Both the position numbers and the translations under genes were made by a program. Of a stretch of DNA of 64,000 nucleotides, positions 61,191 to 64,000 are shown piece after piece (positions within the stretch are counted from its first letter, which is position 1; the number at the start of each line of letters is the position of its first letter). The notes below the pieces were generated by a model, which did no database searches, was not told where the DNA came from, and saw only the letters and a list, made by a program, of their open reading frames with translations. The DNA comes from Candidatus Hydrogenedentales bacterium (GTDB lineage: Bacteria; Hydrogenedentota; Hydrogenedentia; Hydrogenedentales; SLHB01), in assembly GCA_041859045.1 (NCBI GenBank), contig JBHELB010000039.1, forward strand, positions 9,958 through 73,957. Reading direction: 5' to 3'.

Positions 61191-63391
61191 TGCGAGAGTG
61201 TTTTTCGTGTGCGACGAGACGGCACGAGGGCTTTGGCGCGTCGGATGAGCGCGGCGCTGTCCGCGGCGGAAAGTGGACGTAACCCGAAGCGAACCGCTTC
61301 ATAGTCGTTCAGAAACGCGGCGACTTCTTCCGCGGCGGGCCAGTGCCAGGCATGAACTTGCGCGAGCACCTCTCCGGCGGTCTTGCCGCTGGGCTCGAGT
61401 CCCGCGCGGCGGGCATGCCCCAGGAAGACACGATACGCATGCGCAGCGCGCGCTTGGTCCGCCGATAGGCGCGCCCCGATTCCCAAGCGCCGCTGTCTGC
61501 GCCAACGCCGCCAGGTTAACCCACCCGCTACCGCGAGTAGTCCGCCGAGCGTTACGAACACCGTCACCGGCGCGCCCTGGCGCGCACCCTCGACCGCGCC
61601 CGTTGCCACTTCTGCGCGCGGCCGGTCCTGCAACGCGCCGGGCATGCCGAGCCAGCCCATCGCGGTATTCTGAAGTCGGCTCCACGTCGTTATGCCTTGG
61701 TAACCCACCACGTTGCGGAACCACAGCATGCGCGCGCGGTGAACTTGCCTCATCGCGGCGCGGAACATCGCATTTCCGGTGGATTCAAGTTCGCCGAGGG
61801 GCGAGGGGTCGAACCGCACCCAGCCTTGATCGACGAAGTACACCTCAACCCAGAGGTGCGCCATGCTCCGCCGCACCAGGTACGCACGATCCGCGTCGCT
61901 CCATTCGCCGCCGCGGTAGCCTTGCACGACACGCGATGGAATGCCAATGCTTCGAAGCATCAGCGCCATCGCGCTCGCATAGAGTTCGCAATGGCCAACT
62001 CGGGCATCGTGGATAAACGCATCCACCGCGTAACGTCCGGGAAGGGCCGGTACGCTCAGCGAATAGAGAAATCCCGGTCCTTCGAGATACTGCTGCACCG
62101 CCAGCGCTTTGTCGTACGCCGTTGGCGCGTTGCGCGTGAGGTCTTGCGCCAACGTGCGGGTGCGCGGCTCCACTTCGGCGTTGGTGAGCAGAAAATAGTC
62201 GCGCTTTCCCATCACTGCGCGATAGGTTTCGGGGCAATTCCGCAAGACTTCGGGCGTGGGCTGGCGCGTGTCCGACCACGCCGTGCAATAGAACGAGGCG
62301 TGGCGTCCGCCGATACGCACCACCGAAAAATCGCTGTCGCGGTTCCATGCCAACGCCGTGCTGGCGTCCGCGACTTGCCGCACCGTGGCGAGGATCGGGA
62401 CGCCTTCGGCGCCGGGATCCTCAAGAAACAAGTGCTGCCGTACGAGAACGCGGTCGTCGAAACCGGCGCTTGCGGCAAACAAGGTCCCGCCGTCCGCCCC
62501 GAAGCGGACGCGTGCGCGCTGATCGTCGAAATTGTGCGAAACGGATATTGCGGTCCAGGTGTCGGACGTGAAGTAATTGAGCGGATGGATCCGCCAATAT
62601 AGCTCGTCTGGATAGGCCCCCTCGGGAAGATCGGGAAACTCCGCACGCAGTACAATCGTCTCGTCCTTGGCAATGTCGGTCGCCGCGCCGCCAAGACTCA
62701 CCTCCGACGGGGTCCCGGTGGCGGCGGTGATTACGTTCGAGCGTCCCAAAGCGCCCGCCTCGATGCGCGGCAACAACACGAATACCGCAATCGTCAGCGC
62801 CAAGGCGGTAAGGCCCATGGTCCAACCGATCCGCCCCAAGCGTTGGCCGCGCAGGCGATCGGGCCAGACCCGGCGGACGTCGACGCCCAGTTCGAGGTTC
62901 TTGCGCGTTTCGTGTGTGGCGAGCCCCACCAGGGCGCCATACATTTCGAGCAAGACCAAGGCGGGCAGCGCCGTCAGACCAAATAGCAGCAGCGCGGGAC
63001 CGATACCCGCCTCGGGCAACAACGAACACGCGCCGAGCACCATGAAAAACGCCATGAGAAAAATCTGGGCGTAATCGCGCGGGGTTTTCTGATGCCACAT
63101 TTTATAGGTCTGCACGTAGACCACCACGAGCAACACGGTGTCGATCAGACGGAATACCGACCAGAAGTAAAACAGCGAGAGGATAAACAGCGCGGATATG
63201 ATATTCGTCACTTGGCGATACGCGCGGTATCGCGCGTCGAGACGAAGCGCCAGCGACTCGGCCGCCAACACCGCCAACGGCCACAGCAGAAGCCGGGCGC
63301 CATACTCGGGAACGCTCGACAACGCCGCATAGCCGGAGACGATCAATAGCCCTGTCGCGATCTGGAGGTAGCGCGGGATGGCTTTATGCAT
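61187..63391 (-). CDS. transglutaminase-domain membrane protein (TgpA-like: DUF3488 + TGase core + DUF4129)
   Basis: N-terminal multi-TM region, Cys-His-Asp transglutaminase core (GHCELYA...HLWVEVYFVDQGWVRFDPS). Start MHKAIPRY (M142 of the long ORF). Confidence 0.75.
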   Translation of the reverse strand: MHKAIPRYLQIATGLLIVSGYAALSSVPEYGARLLLWPLAVLAAESLALRLDARYRAYRQVTNIISALFILSLFYFWSVFRLIDTVLLVVVYVQTYKMWHQKTPRDYAQIFLMAFFMVLGACSLLPEAGIGPALLLFGLTALPALVLLEMYGALVGLATHETRKNLELGVDVRRVWPDRLRGQRLGRIGWTMGLTALALTIAVFVLLPRIEAGALGRSNVITAATGTPSEVSLGGAATDIAKDETIVLRAEFPDLPEGAYPDELYWRIHPLNYFTSDTWTAISVSHNFDDQRARVRFGADGGTLFAASAGFDDRVLVRQHLFLEDPGAEGVPILATVRQVADASTALAWNRDSDFSVVRIGGRHASFYCTAWSDTRQPTPEVLRNCPETYRAVMGKRDYFLLTNAEVEPRTRTLAQDLTRNAPTAYDKALAVQQYLEGPGFLYSLSVPALPGRYAVDAFIHDARVGHCELYASAMALMLRSIGIPSRVVQGYRGGEWSDADRAYLVRRSMAHLWVEVYFVDQGWVRFDPSPLGELESTGNAMFRAAMRQVHRARMLWFRNVVGYQGITTWSRLQNTAMGWLGMPGALQDRPRAEVATGAVEGARQGAPVTVFVTLGGLLAVAGGLTWRRWRRQRRLGIGARLSADQARAAHAYRVFLGHARRAGLEPSGKTAGEVLAQVHAWHWPAAEEVAAFLNDYEAVRFGLRPLSAADSAALIRRAKALVPSRRTRKTLSH

Positions 63392-63989
63392 ACACCACCT
63401 CCCGCGGATCGAGCACGCGCAGCCCAGGACCCACGACGCGCCCCCAAAGCCCGGGGTCCGGCGAGAGGCACACGAGCGCCGCGCCGCGCGGTAATGCGGC
63501 CGCCGCGCGCGCGAACGGATCGGGGGCATCCTCGGCCACCGGCTCGACGCGCGCGAGCAAGTCCAGAATACGCGCCGCGTGCGAACGGCCCTCGCCTTCG
63601 GGCACGTCTCGGTCACCCACGGACATCGCCACCGCGTATTGCCGGTTGAGCAGGGTGACCGCCAACGAAGCAAGCACTTCGACGGTATCCTCAAATCGTT
63701 CGTCGAAGTCCTCGAGCCTTGGACATTGCCGGGCGTCGAGCACGAATACAAGCCGCCGCGCCACGCTTCGTTCGAGTTCGCGCACCAACGGTTTGCCCAC
63801 GCGCGCACTCGCACGCCAAGAGATCAGCCGTGGATCGTCGCCCGGCACATATTCGCGCAGGGAGAAGAATTCATCGCCGTCGCGCAGGGCTGTGCGCGAG
63901 CGCGCGCCGGTGCGCGTGCTCTGTTCGAGCGACGCGGTGCGCAGCGGGCGCACGCGTGGATACACCACCACCTCGGCATTGTCTTGCAT
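63384..63989 (-). CDS. DUF58 family protein (MoxR-associated, vWA-like); N-terminus probably beyond window end
   Basis: DUF58 motif FFSLREYVPGDDPRLISWRASAR; overlaps the TGase gene start by 8 nt. Confidence 0.6.
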   Translation of the reverse strand: MQDNAEVVVYPRVRPLRTASLEQSTRTGARSRTALRDGDEFFSLREYVPGDDPRLISWRASARVGKPLVRELERSVARRLVFVLDARQCPRLEDFDERFEDTVEVLASLAVTLLNRQYAVAMSVGDRDVPEGEGRSHAARILDLLARVEPVAEDAPDPFARAAAALPRGAALVCLSPDPGLWGRVVGPGLRVLDPREVVYA

Positions 63990-64000
63990 AAGGCGGCGAC

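Overview
High-GC (about 65%) bacterial chromosomal window, compactly coded, from an apparently diderm organism (outer-membrane beta-barrel with C-terminal Phe, SurA-like chaperone, MotA/MotB, PilT). About 60 protein genes plus one tRNA-Ser. In order: three exported/lipoprotein genes; an unknown 511-aa protein; DUF1015; mcsA-mcsB protein-arginine kinase pair abutting tRNA-Ser; lipoprotein; MATE efflux; motA-motB; Gfo/Idh/MocA; asnB; aldo-keto reductase; TPR lipoprotein; GT2-DUF2304-SMP30; AmpD-like amidase; PilZ; pilT; a phage-head-like operon (20860-29074); porin-like OMP; zinc-ribbon membrane protein; sugar ABC transporter; thyX plus class II RNR; phoH-pgpH-ybeY-corC-corC operon; eno-ftsB; SurA-like PPIase; sat; AlkP-family; triple-YHS periplasmic protein; giant multi-PAS histidine kinase plus NarL-type regulator; PP2C; UroD-family; FG-GAP propeller; transglutaminase plus DUF58. 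Many six-frame ORFs are antisense artefacts of high GC (R/G/P-rich) and were discarded. Most unusual: the head-only phage-like operon has portal, capsid-like and connector-like genes but no terminase, tail or integrase, and it carries a LigD-type 3-prime-phosphoesterase-like protein and a protein with an embedded SNase (thermonuclease) domain. Also notable: a thyX-nrdJ module with tandem promoters and a palindromic operator candidate, and mcsAB in a diderm context. Positions I derived (starts, small motifs) may be off by 1 nt.
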